A stretch of 57,986 bases of DNA, the filler included, from Basidiobolus ranarum (lineage: Eukaryota): NCBI GenBank assembly GCA_040143965.1. It is 2 parts of 2 records of this genome, joined end to end, with 100 filler letters (N's around TTAATTAATTAA, not from the genome) between each part and the next. Parts side by side here need not be neighbours in the genome. Positions count along the whole stretch, not along the records: positions 1 to 28,994 come from JASJQH010006985.1; positions 29,095 to 57,986 come from JASJQH010006986.1. One strand, written 5' to 3'. The position numbers were made by a program, and so were the translations under genes. Of this stretch, positions 23,019 through 34,374 are shown piece by piece. The notes under the pieces are model-generated. The model was not told the origin of the DNA. It saw nothing but the letters and a program-made list of their open reading frames with translations, and did not search any database. The first letter of the stretch is position 1; each line of letters starts with the position of its first letter.

Positions 23019-23508
23019 AATTCAATTTGTAAGGGTTATAAGGCTGGTGGAAGGCTTTTGTCAAATTGATATGGTTACTAAAGGCCAGAATATGGTTGTT
23101 TTAATCCGGAATTCAACTCAGGAATATTAAAGCCCCGCCAGAAAAAGTAACTTTTAGAACAAAACCCTGGATATTAAGAAACTTTTATCGATTTGGCTTA
23201 TACCTACTTGAATGTTTACCTAAAGCAGATGGCTTAGCTCAGTAAGGTTTATTCTACATGGGTTACAATCAGTAGTGATGTTTGAGGGGAGGAGGTACCA
23301 AACTTGGAGGATACCATGGCTTAGGTTTCTTCCTGATGTAGGCTTTGCATATATCGTGTAACTATCAAAAAATGGAGATTCATCAATATATAGCTCGGTC
23401 TAGTTTTACTGTCTGAATGCTTTTCTATGATTGTCTAATTATTTTTTGCAATCGTCTGATTTTGCATGTAGTTCGTGGAAATTCTCGGTACAACCTGATG
23501 GCTAACTG

Positions 23509-23516
23509 TGACGTCA
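23509..23516. promoter_or_regulatory. CRE palindrome TGACGTCA upstream of the PRXL2A-like gene
   Basis: Exact ATF/CREB consensus 124 bp before ATG 23633. Confidence 0.45.
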
Positions 23517-23632
23517 CCTAACCTGGATTAATGTATGTACGACAGTATTACTTCATTAAAAATATTACTTCGTATAAAAAGGATGTTGATCTCCGATTAG
23601 GTAAGGTTAGAACTTAAAACCAGTATAGTAAT

Positions 23633-24444
23633 ATGAACTCCCAAGCATATAATCTAATCCGTGAGGTTGTACTCAAGAGCTTCCAGGATAACACTACTAT
23701 TCCAGCTAAACAGTTATGGAAAAACTCCCCTGCTCTCATCATGGTGGTACGCCGTCCTGGTTGCAAACTTTGTCGTAGAGAGGCTAAAGATCTAGCTGAA
23801 CGTCGTACGCAAATATCCGAAAAATTGGTAAGTCTTTTTTTCGCTCGCCTTTTGTTTACTCCAACGCTCACTACTGAATTTAAGGGCATTCCAATGTATG
23901 CTGTGGTTCATGAAGAGCTCGGTGTTGAGGAATTCAACAAAGAATTTTTTAATGGTACCGTATATTTGGACGAAGAGAAAGGTTTCTACAAAGCTCTCGG
24001 GTAGGAATGCTTCCTTCATATTTGTTTCTTGTTGTTACCAACTAAGTTGTTGCTTTCATAGTGGTGGCAAATTAAGCTGGGCCAACTGGACTAGTCTATT
24101 GAACCCAACCACTTTATACAGCTACCTCACTTCGGTATGTTGAGTAACGTATTTCATTTTTGTTAAAATATCACTTATGCTGTGAAAAATTATATAGGGT
24201 GTAGATGGAAATTTACAGGGTGAAGGAAGGTATGTTAGTTTTTATATGATTTCTTTTTGAATATTTAATTCAGTATTTTATCAGAATCTATGGTGGTCTC
24301 TATATCGTCGGCAAGGGTGAAAAAGGCGTTGTATACGAATACAAAGAGAAATATCTTGGTGATATAGCATCCATGGAAGAAGTAGTCAAAGTATGCGAAC
24401 AAGTGGCAAAAGATACTGAGGCCACTCCAAAGGCCAGCCTTTAG
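23633..24444 (+). CDS. PRXL2A: Peroxiredoxin-like 2A / SelU-family redoxin (Cys form), 5 exons
   Basis: MVVRRPGCKLCRREA (CxxC), VYLDEEKGFYKALG, GNLQGEGRIYGGLYIVG, YEYKEKYLGD; ends KASL*. Confidence 0.8.
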
Positions 24445-24628
24445 CCACTCAACTCTCAAAAAGTGATACGATGATTTTCATAACTTTATAAATTTGAAAT
24501 AAAAATTGTAGATCCATAATTGTCAGAGTTCGTCATCTTTAATAGCTAGATTCAAAAAAGTAGAAGTCATATTTTGAATGACAAATCCCATTGGGGTTGA
24601 AGGTCGAGAGTGAACCTAACCCTAAAAG

Positions 24629-24636
24629 TTACGTAA
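24629..24636. promoter_or_regulatory. bZIP (Pap1/Yap-type) palindrome TTACGTAA upstream of GST
   Basis: Exact palindrome 108 bp before ATG 24737; TATAAAA follows at ~24681. Confidence 0.45.
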
Positions 24637-24736
24637 TGATTGGTGAATAATCATGAAGATCTAATCTACGCATTTGATTCTATAAAACTGCTGTTAATAG
24701 TCACTCGTAGTAGCTGTTAATCTATTGAAACGTAAC

Positions 24737-25460
24737 ATGGCAAATATTGTTCTTGTTGGAAATCCTATATCCACCTTTACACGTACTATTGCGTTAGGGT
24801 AAAGTACTTGCAGTTCAACTTTGGTGAAGGTCGCTAAAAATTAACCCAGTTTTTTAAAGTTTGCATGAGAAGGGCTTGAGCTTCGTCCAAGAACCAGCCT
24901 TGCCCCATTCTGAAGAAGCTAAGGCTCATCACCCTCTGGGACTTATACCCACTTTTTCTCACAATAACTTATGGTTGTTTGAGTCGATGGCCATTGCTAA
25001 TTACATCGAAAATGCCTTTCAAGACAAGCAGAAGCTTCGACCTTCAAGGGATAACCTTGAGTTAAACGCTAAACTTGATCGTTGGATATCATTTATCTCC
25101 CAATATGTTTTTAATAGAGTTGAAAAGGGTGTGGTTAAGCCCCGTATGTCACTTCAGAATGAGGGGAAAAGCGAAAACGATATTAAGGACAGTATCAAAG
25201 ATGGAGTTGAGGATATGAACGAGGTTTTGAAGATAGTTGAAGATATGTTAGACGCAACTGGTCCGTTTATCATGGGTAAAGAATTGACTTGGGCAGATTT
25301 GTATTTGATTCCACCTCTTTCTGACTTGTCTGTGGTCCCCGAGGGGAAATTTCTGTTGAGTGATGGGGATTATCCCAAATTGAGAGCATGGTATCAAAAC
25401 ATTATCAAGAGGGATTCTTTTAGTAAAACCTTTGAGGGAACCGTTGCTTCAAAGCTATAG
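24737..25460 (+). CDS. Glutathione S-transferase with C-terminal PTS1 (SKL), 2 exons
   Basis: Exon 1 MANIVLVGNPISTFTRTIALG; HPLGLIPT..LFESMAIANYI; FIMGKELTWADL; YPKLRAW; ends ASKL*. Confidence 0.88.
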
Positions 25461-25635
25461 CCATTATCATCTAACCTAGAAATTCGAAGCCATCTTTAAA
25501 CAGAACAATATTCAATTCCCGAATTTCTTTAATAAATAACGTTCCAAAATATGGTGATGTGTTTATTTCATGAACATTTGTGCTGATCATACAGTGGTTT
25601 TTGAATTCAAAATGGTACATTTGGACGTTAATGAA

Positions 25636-26582
25636 TCAGGCTCTCCTAAAATCTTTAAGAGCCACATCATCCCAGCTAACAAATTCTCCATTAAGATCAG
25701 CTGGAACGCCTTTAACGGCAAGTTGGGCCATTACGTGACCACAATCCTCAGGCTTGACTAATGTGGAGTCTGCTTTCATTTGAATGAAACGAGAGTAGTC
25801 GTATTCAGACATGTTGCCTAAACCAACCTCTCGAATGGATTTTTGCATATCGGTATCAACGGCTCCTGGGCGAACTGCAATGGCACTAACATCGGTTTCT
25901 TCTTTAGAAACACTCAAGGCCAACATGTTTAGCGCAGCTTTTGAGCTTATTTGTAAAAATTGAATATTAGGTCGGAGACGATAAAATTAGTTGGTAGAAT
26001 ACATTACCAGCAGTAAGCAGACCATCCTTCGTAAGCTTTATAACCAGCGCCAGAGCTCACCATAACAAAGTTTCCCTTGGTTTTTCTCAGGTGAGGGAGT
26101 GACTGTTGTACAAGTGACAACACAGAAAAGAAGTTGATATCAAAGAGCCTATAAATGTAAATGTGAATATGTATTGAAGTATAAGAAGTTTGATTAATAT
26201 ACTTACTTTTTCCAATCTTCAATGGAACCGCTGGCAATGGATTTCACTGGTTCAATGACACTAACTTGACGATTAACATAATTTATTACCTTAAGGAAAA
26301 ATTTAATGAAATAACATACCCAGCATTCAGAACAACAGAGGTTATTCTACCAAACTTGCTGATTGTTTCTTCAACCACCTTTTTAATTACTGACTCGTCA
26401 GTAAGATCACCAACCAAGTAAGCAACAGAATCGGGGTTAGACGCTTCGTCTTGTAGTTTTTTAAGCTCACTTTCTGAGCGAGCAACGGCCATAACGTTCC
26501 CGCCAAGTCTCAAGACATCTAAAGCGATAGCTCTGCCGATGCCTCGAGAAGCACCAGTGATAATAACAACAGGGCAAGTCAT
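25636..26582 (-). CDS. Short-chain dehydrogenase/reductase (benzil/sepiapterin-reductase-like, similar to yeast YIR035C/IRC24), 4 exons
   Basis: TGASRGIG, LNAG, VSSGA, YCCSKAA (YxxxK across a splice), RPGAVDTDMQ, LNGEFVSWDD. Confidence 0.88.
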
Positions 26583-26699
26583 TTGAGAGAGTAGCTATGC
26601 TGATATTCAGAAATAATCAATTCAGCTACTTTGAATCTTAACTAGATAATGCTTATGTGTTTTGTATTGTCAGAAAAAGTTTGACCATTTGCGTCATTA

Positions 26700-26707
26700 T
26701 TACGTCA
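26700..26707 (-). promoter_or_regulatory. ATF/CRE-like site TGACGTAA upstream of the SDR gene
   Basis: ttacgtca on the + strand, 118 bp upstream of the minus-strand ATG (26582); adjacent tgcgtcat. Confidence 0.4.
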
Positions 26708-27550
26708 GAAAGGCATCACCGAATTCATGACAGAATGCAAATGTTTGCTTAAAAAGTGATTAGCTCGCGGTCTGTAGAATAAGCAGATGATATTTGGTCT
26801 AGTAGGATGGCTTTCAAAGAGATTATACTAGATTAGATTAATTGTAATCCCCAAACTAAGGTATATGTGTTCCTTTCTTGCACTAAATTGCTACAGTTTT
26901 CGAAGCAGAAAACTATCATGACGAGGAGAATGAAGATTCTCGATTTATATCGCAGACACTAGGAAGGGTAGGCTGTATCTAGTCAAGCAGCGTACCAAAT
27001 ACTCCGAAGCATTACTTTAACAACGGCTTTGTTGGTGGATCGTGTTGATACTGAATATTAGATTTTAAGTAGTAACAAGCAGATCTGCGAGCATCAATAT
27101 ACACACGTATATATATATAATCCTCAAATAAATCCCCCTTTTCCGAATGTCACGATGTTTGTTCGTGATAACCCGTTTAATTAACTGATATTATTCCAGG
27201 TCTTAAAATCAAATAAGAACAGCCTTGAAAAATATCTTAAATTATCACCTGCTCTAGATGAGGAATATCCCATTTCTCATCAACCTAAGGCAAAAAGTGC
27301 TCGAAGTGCTAGGGTTTAATTTACATTTCATCCAAAATTGGTAGCAGGACTCGAACCAAAATAACCCCATCAAGATTCAAGGTAAAGACTACAATATAAA
27401 ATCAGGTATGCAACCAGACGACTATGAACTGAGTTATTTATGAAATCTAAGGGTTCACATTTTTTGGTTTTTTGCTACCAGTAAGCAAACCTATAACCTA
27501 TAAAACGGTACTGCTTCCTAATTGTACTTCAGAAGCTCTCTCTTGTGAAA

Positions 27551-28012
27551 ATGTCTGCTATCATTAGAATATTGTCTATCGTCTTTGCCTTGGCCTTCTT
27601 TGCTGTTCAAGTTGCGAGCCATGGTCATATGAGCAACCCTCAAGTAAGGACACCACCTGGAGATAAAGATAATGGCTTAACTATCACTCGTGGTCCAAAT
27701 AACAACATGCCTTGTGGCGGTAATCCTCCCGGTAAGACGAGTACAACCTACAAATCCGGCTCAAGTATCGGGATCAGCTGGGAGATTGGTGCTGCACATA
27801 AAGGTAGCTGTAGTATTGACCTATCGACTCATCCAGACTCTGGATTCAAGACAATTCATACCTGGAATTGTGCCGAGAAAACCGGTAGCCAGAGCACTTC
27901 AGTTCAACTTCCCAAAGGAACTGTCTGTGAACAATGCGTACTGAGATTTCACTGGAATGCCGAGCTCACGAAAGAGAACTATGTCAATTGTGCTGATGTA
28001 AAGATCAACTAG
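27551..28012 (+). CDS. Small secreted LPMO-like copper protein (His-brace, AA11/AA16-like), copy 1
   Basis: Signal peptide ending VAS, mature N-terminal HGHM..P..R, second His in AAHKGSC, LPKGTVCEQCVLRFHW, ENYVNCADV; 6 Cys. Confidence 0.75.
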   Translation: MSAIIRILSIVFALAFFAVQVASHGHMSNPQVRTPPGDKDNGLTITRGPNNNMPCGGNPPGKTSTTYKSGSSIGISWEIGAAHKGSCSIDLSTHPDSGFKTIHTWNCAEKTGSQSTSVQLPKGTVCEQCVLRFHWNAELTKENYVNCADVKIN

Positions 28013-28721
28013 ATTACTCTTTGAATTGGTTGTAAATGATCTCGACCCCCTCACCTCTAACATCTTGCTGGTCATGTTGCTAGGTTTCACTGTATCCTTG
28101 ACACCCTTTCGTAAATAAACTCTATTGACTCATGAACATAGTTACGGTTTATTTCTTATATATAACCCAACCCTAATACATGCCGGTAGTTGTCAGAATA
28201 AGATCCATGACAGGGTCTCCTAATTCAAGATTAGATGATATCATCGATAAGGTCACACAATATCGTCTAAATTAAGTTGATCTCACCAACAACGTGGTAA
28301 GTGTTATCAACAATTGACATGAAAGAGTACTATTCGAATGGGTTCCTCTCAATACCATGCTGTAGTGAATAAAAAGATGTTTCATTTGGATGCCATCCTG
28401 AAGGCACTTAATATTACCGACCATTTTAGGGGTCGATGTGATTGAGTTCGAATGAAATATATCGTTATTGTGCCAACCTACAGCATAGTTATGCACAAAA
28501 TCGCTCACTCCATATACCATACGCTTAATGGTCTCAGGTTACCCATTTCCTACACGATGATAGTATCTATAGCAGCTTCACTCAATTGTCGAACAGTATA
28601 TTATTACTGATGAAGCATGAGGCGCTTGGGTCACTGATGTGATATATAAACCGACCGTTTGTGACCTACTACCTACCAGTTTAACTATTATCCTTTACCA
28701 CATTCATTCATTAGTAAAATC

Positions 28722-28994
28722 ATGACTAGAACTATTATGATTGCTTGCTTACTTCTAGCCGTTTCTGTTGTGCAAGTCAAAAGTCACGGCCATATGACCA
28801 AACCTGATGTAAGGACACCACCTGGAGATAAAGATAATGGCTTAACTATCACTCGTGGTCCAAATAATAGCATGCCTTGTGGTGGTAATCCTCCCGGTAA
28901 GACGAGTACAACCTACAAATCCGGCTCAAGTATCGGGATCAGCTGGGAGATTGGTGCTGCACATAAAGGTAGCTGTAGTATTGACCTATCGACT
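28722..28994 (+). CDS. Small secreted LPMO-like protein, copy 2 (cut by assembly gap)
   Basis: MTRTIMIACLLLAVSVVQVKS-HGHM. Segment 28809-28994 matches 27644-27829 with 3 mismatches. TATATAAA at 28643. Confidence 0.75.
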
Positions 28995-29094
28995 NNNNNN
29001 NNNNNNNNNNNNNNNNNNNNNNNNNNNNNNNNNNNNNNTTAATTAATTAANNNNNNNNNNNNNNNNNNNNNNNNNNNNNNNNNNNNNNNNNNNN
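28995..29094. other. Assembly gap (100 positions) with artificial six-frame-stop linker TTAATTAATTAA
   Basis: Two runs of 44 N flank ttaattaattaa at 29039-29050. Confidence 0.95.
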
Positions 29095-29758
29095 TCAAAC
29101 GAAAAAAAATCCCACAACCTGAAAAGAATATTTTTTGACCTTTTCAAGTCACACAGTTTAAGCTCCTCGTATCCAGTGCTGGGAAATGTTACGGTCCCTA
29201 ATATAATGGGGGGGTCAGATTGCGCCATTAGAAGGCCAGTTTCAGGAAGTAGTATACCATGGTGCCAATTGAATTCAAAGGAATCTAATAATTGGATGAT
29301 AATACAGTCACGATTCTGGACAATCCTCCTGATTAATTGGCTTCGCAAGAGATCTCACCTGTCTCCTACAGCACACTTCCATTATCCATTGCAGATTAGA
29401 ATTGAATAATGGACTGCCACCCTCCATCCAATTGATGGCGGATTGTCAGTGGAAGTGTGCTATTGGCTGCATACACCAGACAAAAACCAAGGGGTGAATA
29501 ATGATTTCTAGTGGAGATTTGGCAAGATTGACGATTGCATTGAGGCAAAAGGCTCTGCATTGCTAGGTGAGTTTAGGAGATGACGTATATGAGTGTTTAT
29601 AATGTGAATCAATACCCTTAATACCGATTGTGACGAAGGGCTACAGACATGTGACGGCGGAGTGTTTAGAATCCAGTAGCCAATTAAAGTGACTTTAGGA
29701 AGATATATAAAGACGAGCCTGTCCCCTGATTGACATGCTACACTGCAATTGATTCACA

Positions 29759-30091
29759 ATGATATCTCGTATTGTTAACTTTAAAAATGTACTCCCACGA
29801 ACCTACGGAACTCGTGCCTTTGGAACATTTAGTGCTCGTTTGTCTGCGACCGGATATGGTGAGCTCGACTCCGAGAATCCCAAGAAACTGCAAACTTCAG
29901 TCTTCTACGAGCGTTTAGAGAAGGAGCGTGAAAGTAAGCATGATGATGCTGTACCTAAGTACGTTACACACGAGCATGATGAGTATGATCATGCTATGGA
30001 CGAATTTTTGTGTGGTGATGAGCAGCTGTTGGCCCGACGTGGCCCAACAAAAGCTTCAGACTCGTCCCAACCCACCTCAGCGGATAACTGA
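29759..30091 (+). CDS. Small protein with probable mitochondrial presequence, unknown function
   Basis: Arg/Ser-rich, acid-free N-terminus MISRIVNFKNVLPRTYGTRAFGTFSARLS; acidic/His-rich C-terminal half; TATATAAA at 29704. Confidence 0.6.
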   Translation: MISRIVNFKNVLPRTYGTRAFGTFSARLSATGYGELDSENPKKLQTSVFYERLEKERESKHDDAVPKYVTHEHDEYDHAMDEFLCGDEQLLARRGPTKASDSSQPTSADN

Positions 30092-30715
30092 TGTGGAGAT
30101 TCGTACACCAACTCATTCAATAGCCACTTTCAACGGCGTAGCCTTTGCTTTTCCAACGACACCCACAAATGTTATGATTTTAGTCCAACATGTCCTCCTA
30201 ATGAAATTTGTCTGTTTTTTAGTGTTATCTCATTTGCTATATTGGAAGCGACAGTCACCCTTGATCAGATGACTCGTTTTTGAGAATGCTAGTTGCTGAT
30301 TGGTCACAGGAAACAAATTGGTTTCAGCAGTGTATGAGCTTAGTTATTTCCAAATAAATACGAACCATTATAACCGAAACACATCAAACGTAGTGATACT
30401 ATCCCTTCACTACGCTCATTTCCTGCCTTTGTCTCTAGATCGCAAAAAAAGGCAAATCTATATGTGACCAGAGCAAGAATCAACATCTTCAAATATGTTT
30501 GATACTCTGTGCGTTTGCCAGTGGCTTGATATGTGAAGCAGGGATACCACTTAATGATTTAGTGTGATTTTATTCTGCAGAACCAATGGCAGGTAAAGTT
30601 AATATTGAAAAAAGCAGCTGGTATTTATCACTAATTGCTTAACTAAAAACAGATATCAGATATGAAACGTGTGTTTCAAATGGATTAAAAGGAATCGGGA
30701 TCTAAATCCGGATAG

Positions 30716-31411
30716 TTAAAAATATGGATTCGATTCACCAAGGCAGTCCACAACCCTTGACAATCGCAGTTTTTTGGACGTAACAGCGTCAATAAGCTTG
30801 TCAACAACTTGAACGGTGGATTTTGTAATCTCATGCTCTAGTGCAATGAAGGTTGACTGAGGGGCGGCTTTGGATAAGCCTTTTTCGTAGGCCTTTAATG
30901 TTGCCGCAGCGGATTTGGTTTTCCAATCCAATGTATCCAAGTTCCATCCTACAACCACCAAGTTATTTCGAGCTAGGATCTGGAGAGTTTGGCTGTTGCA
31001 TTCACCATATGGGCAACGAAAATAGCGTGGACGTTTGCCAATCACGTTGTAGACAGCAGTCATAGATTGATCAATCTGCTTTTGAACCAGGCTGCTGGAG
31101 AGGGAGTTTAGATGTGGGGGGGTGTAAGTATGAAGAGCTATCTGATGCCCATCCATATATGCTTGCTTCATGGCAGCCGCTTGTTTAGGATCCTTGATCA
31201 TTTCTCCTACCACGAAGAATGTGGCCTTAGTCCCTTTTGCCTTCAAACTGGATAGTAATTGCTGCGTGTATTTGCTTGGGCCATCATCGAAGGTCATGGC
31301 GAACGTTCCTGGAATGGAACAAGTATTAATTACTTGGCCAACAGGGACAGCCGCCACATTAGGCAATATGGTGAAAAGGCTCTGGAGCAATGTCAAGCAG
31401 ATGAATTTCAT
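30716..31411 (-). CDS. Secreted CE4 polysaccharide (chitin) deacetylase
   Basis: Signal peptide; TFDDGP, ATFFVVG, GHQIALHTYTPPHL, YFRCPYG, DTLDW, IALEHE. Confidence 0.9.
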   Translation of the reverse strand: MKFICLTLLQSLFTILPNVAAVPVGQVINTCSIPGTFAMTFDDGPSKYTQQLLSSLKAKGTKATFFVVGEMIKDPKQAAAMKQAYMDGHQIALHTYTPPHLNSLSSSLVQKQIDQSMTAVYNVIGKRPRYFRCPYGECNSQTLQILARNNLVVVGWNLDTLDWKTKSAAATLKAYEKGLSKAAPQSTFIALEHEITKSTVQVVDKLIDAVTSKKLRLSRVVDCLGESNPYF

Positions 31412-33006
31412 TTTTTCAAAAGAGAATGGCTTGACCCATCGAGAAAAGTGATTGTATTTATAACGGAAAAGGTTTACAACAACTACAATACCTTCTACTC
31501 TTATCTATCCATGTACAAGAAGAGCAATTTTGAGAGTGGCTGGGATTGGGTCTTTAATTGAGAGCTGGCCTATCTATTAGTGGAGGCGAATCAAACTATC
31601 ACACTAGGCCTACTCATCTTTTAAGTCTATACATATTGGTTATAAATAAAACAGTACTTTATTTAAATTAAACTGATTTAGAAAAGTATTTCACTACAGT
31701 AATACATCTTCATGACCGGATGATCTAGTCACTCCAGTTTTAATGTCTTTAAGATGTTGTGAGGATAGCGTATCTTCAGGGCCAAGCGGATGACTCTACA
31801 GAGAATTCTTGGTATTATCGTGGCGCAATAGGTTAGAGAAGAGTCCGCCTCTTGGCAATTAACCAGTAAATGAATCTATTAAACGATCGAGTACTAAGTT
31901 CCGTTATGTTCCTTCTTTCATTTCGCTTACAAAGTCGAATCTGTGGGTATAAGACACAATCTATGCCGTCAGCAAGTGATTGTCTCCTCTAGTGTCAAAA
32001 AGGTATTGTGTATTTTTGGATACAAATCAGCTGGATGTCGCATGGTTATAGTGGAATCTACGCCATCCTATAAGGCGGTGGTTAGGCTGGATTTCTGATT
32101 CATCAATGATTTGCATTCTTTACATTGAAAGAGATGCACACGGCTTTAAAGCAGTTTGATAAAGCGGCTGTGAATATTTTAGAACATAGAGCAGGCTTTT
32201 TCTGGATGACATAAGCCTAGAAACTATTCGCCTGGTTAAAATAGCTGATCGAATGAAACTATCAATCATGAAGAAAATAGTAAGGTTAAGGGCATTAAGC
32301 CCATATTACAATACTCCCATGCCACTGTCACTTGAGCTTTTAAAACGTTCGCTCACTCAGAAGATCAGGCATCACATGTGCTCGTATTCAACTCATTCCT
32401 CTCCTACTGATCTTAGCTTATGGTATGTGATGTGAATTGAATGTAATACGACACCGCTACTTCTGAATAGCCTTGTATTATAGCATTTTAGTAGGAGAAA
32501 CAAGGGTATTCAAAAAAGACAAAGGGCCGACATTAGATAATACAAGGTGAGAACTAAAGGCTCAAGTTTAACCGTAATTGAATCCAGGTACGAAGCAATC
32601 ATCTCTCTACACTTTACCAGCAAAGATCCACTTCATAACGAATCCAGGGGAATTTTGAATAACAATATATTTTATTGCTTATACATAGGACAGATACTCA
32701 TTAAGGAATCCAAAAGAAGTGGATTTTTGATTCAGATGCGTGGCTAGGAAAAGTGCCTTACAGAAAGTCAGCAGAAGGAGAATCTTTGGTTTAGCAACCA
32801 GGCCACTCCTCACAGAAGAACGTATATCATTTCAACTTCACTTCCTCTGTTTCAATCCAACATAGGTAAATCTAACGTTCAATGACTAAGTAAAATCAAG
32901 GAGAAATGATCTATGAAGTACCAGCGGCTTCTGTAGCAAATATATGGTATATATTATTCAAGATAGCCGGTGAGCTACCGCGAATAAAAAAGATGGTGTA
33001 ATTGAT

Positions 33007-34374
33007 TCAACTGCGAAAAACGTGAACCAATCGGGTAATTGGTTCCCGACATAATGGGCATTCATTTTTGGACTCCTTCAGCCGCTTACCACAAGTCATG
33101 CAAGTGGCCATATGTCCACATTCTAGTATCACACAGTTGATAGTGGCATCACAGCAGATTCGACATAAGCTATCCTCGGATTCGGAGTGTGCATATTCCG
33201 CTAGTAAAAAATAGGTCAGCAGCAACGGGTTTGTTATATCAGTATGAAAATTACCTACACATCTCCACTTTGAAATTATCTACCAATCTTTGAACTCGAT
33301 TGACCAATTCGTGCTTCTCTATGACTCCAGAGTATGTAACACAATTCTCGGCAAGAATTTCCTTCAATGTGTGTACCGATAACCTGGATATATCAACTTT
33401 GTCCCGAATCAATGACAACACAGATGGTGGTTTTTCTTCTGGGGGTGCTTCTTGAGGCAACTCTGTTGGCGGGATTGAATATTCGTTTGTAGCTAGGTGT
33501 ATATCATCAAAACCATACAGCTGAGCCAGCATGTATTCTAAATTGTATAAGTCTCTGTCAGACAGCTCTTCTCGCTGCCTTGGCACGTGACGCGGGACTG
33601 GTCGTGGTGAAGGTACTGGAATATTGTTACGGAAGTACACCTCACGATCCTCGGACAATAGCTGATTGTCGTATATCAACGAAACTAAATCCTCTTTCTC
33701 GATAATATTATCAGCAGGAAGATCATACGCATGAATATACATCCTTAAAACTTTAACTGATAAGCGAGACAAACTATGCTTATCCATAGAAGAAACTTTG
33801 AAAAAAAATATATTAGCGAAAGGGATATCTAAATGGTAAATATTAGCTATACATACTTTCCAGCAACCGTGAGCAATATCCGCAGACTCTGACGGGTCTT
33901 TATGAAACTGTGTTATACATCAAGTACTAAACATCTTTACTACTGAATAATACTTACTGAACATAGCCAAATTTTGGTAAGGGAATTGTATTTTTTGTGC
34001 AGGCATTGCAAAGCACATTTCCTACATCAATCGAAACGTCATCAAATACATCACTTCATAAGAAACACCCTGAAAAGTACTCACCACAATGATAACAATG
34101 ATACTATATTGTCCGCAGCAGAGACGAGGGAGAATTATCAAAATATTATCAGTTTAATTGACGAGTCAGTGAAAGCATAATAGACGTTGAACATCTTTAC
34201 CTTTTTGCGAAAAAAGGAAAAAGTCAATCCACACTGAATACACGCATAATAATCCTCCGGATCTTTGAGCTTTGGAATGGTATGAGTTATTGGAGCATGA
34301 TAGTGAAGGCCTGGATGTTGCGGGTGCAACGGTGTTTCTGAGGATTCAGCTTCATGTTCTACCTCCTCAGCCAT
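33007..34374 (-). CDS. RNF34/RFFL-like FYVE-type + SAP-like + RING E3 ubiquitin ligase (multi-exon)
   Basis: Spliced [106 protein letters not shown]. Confidence 0.85.

Noticed and set aside
23750-23775. Possible selenoprotein (SelU family; some early-diverging fungi use selenocysteine)
   Set aside because: The redox motif is encoded TGC-AAA-CTT-TGT (Cys-x-x-Cys) with no in-frame TGA.
24615-24625. Telomere-like CCTAACCCTAA
   Set aside because: Under two repeat units; not an interstitial telomere, and no support for a telomerase RNA.
27340-27365. tRNA B-box-like GGTTCGAGTCC on the minus strand
   Set aside because: No paired T-stem, A-box or cloverleaf around it.
29039-29050. Palindromic TTAATTAATTAA island inside Ns
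   Set aside because: Symmetric placement in a 100-position gap and stops in all six frames mark it as an artificial scaffold linker.
31780-31860. A-box-like GTGGCGCAATAGGTTAG within an imperfect hairpin
   Set aside because: No B-box or acceptor stem; compatible with chance.
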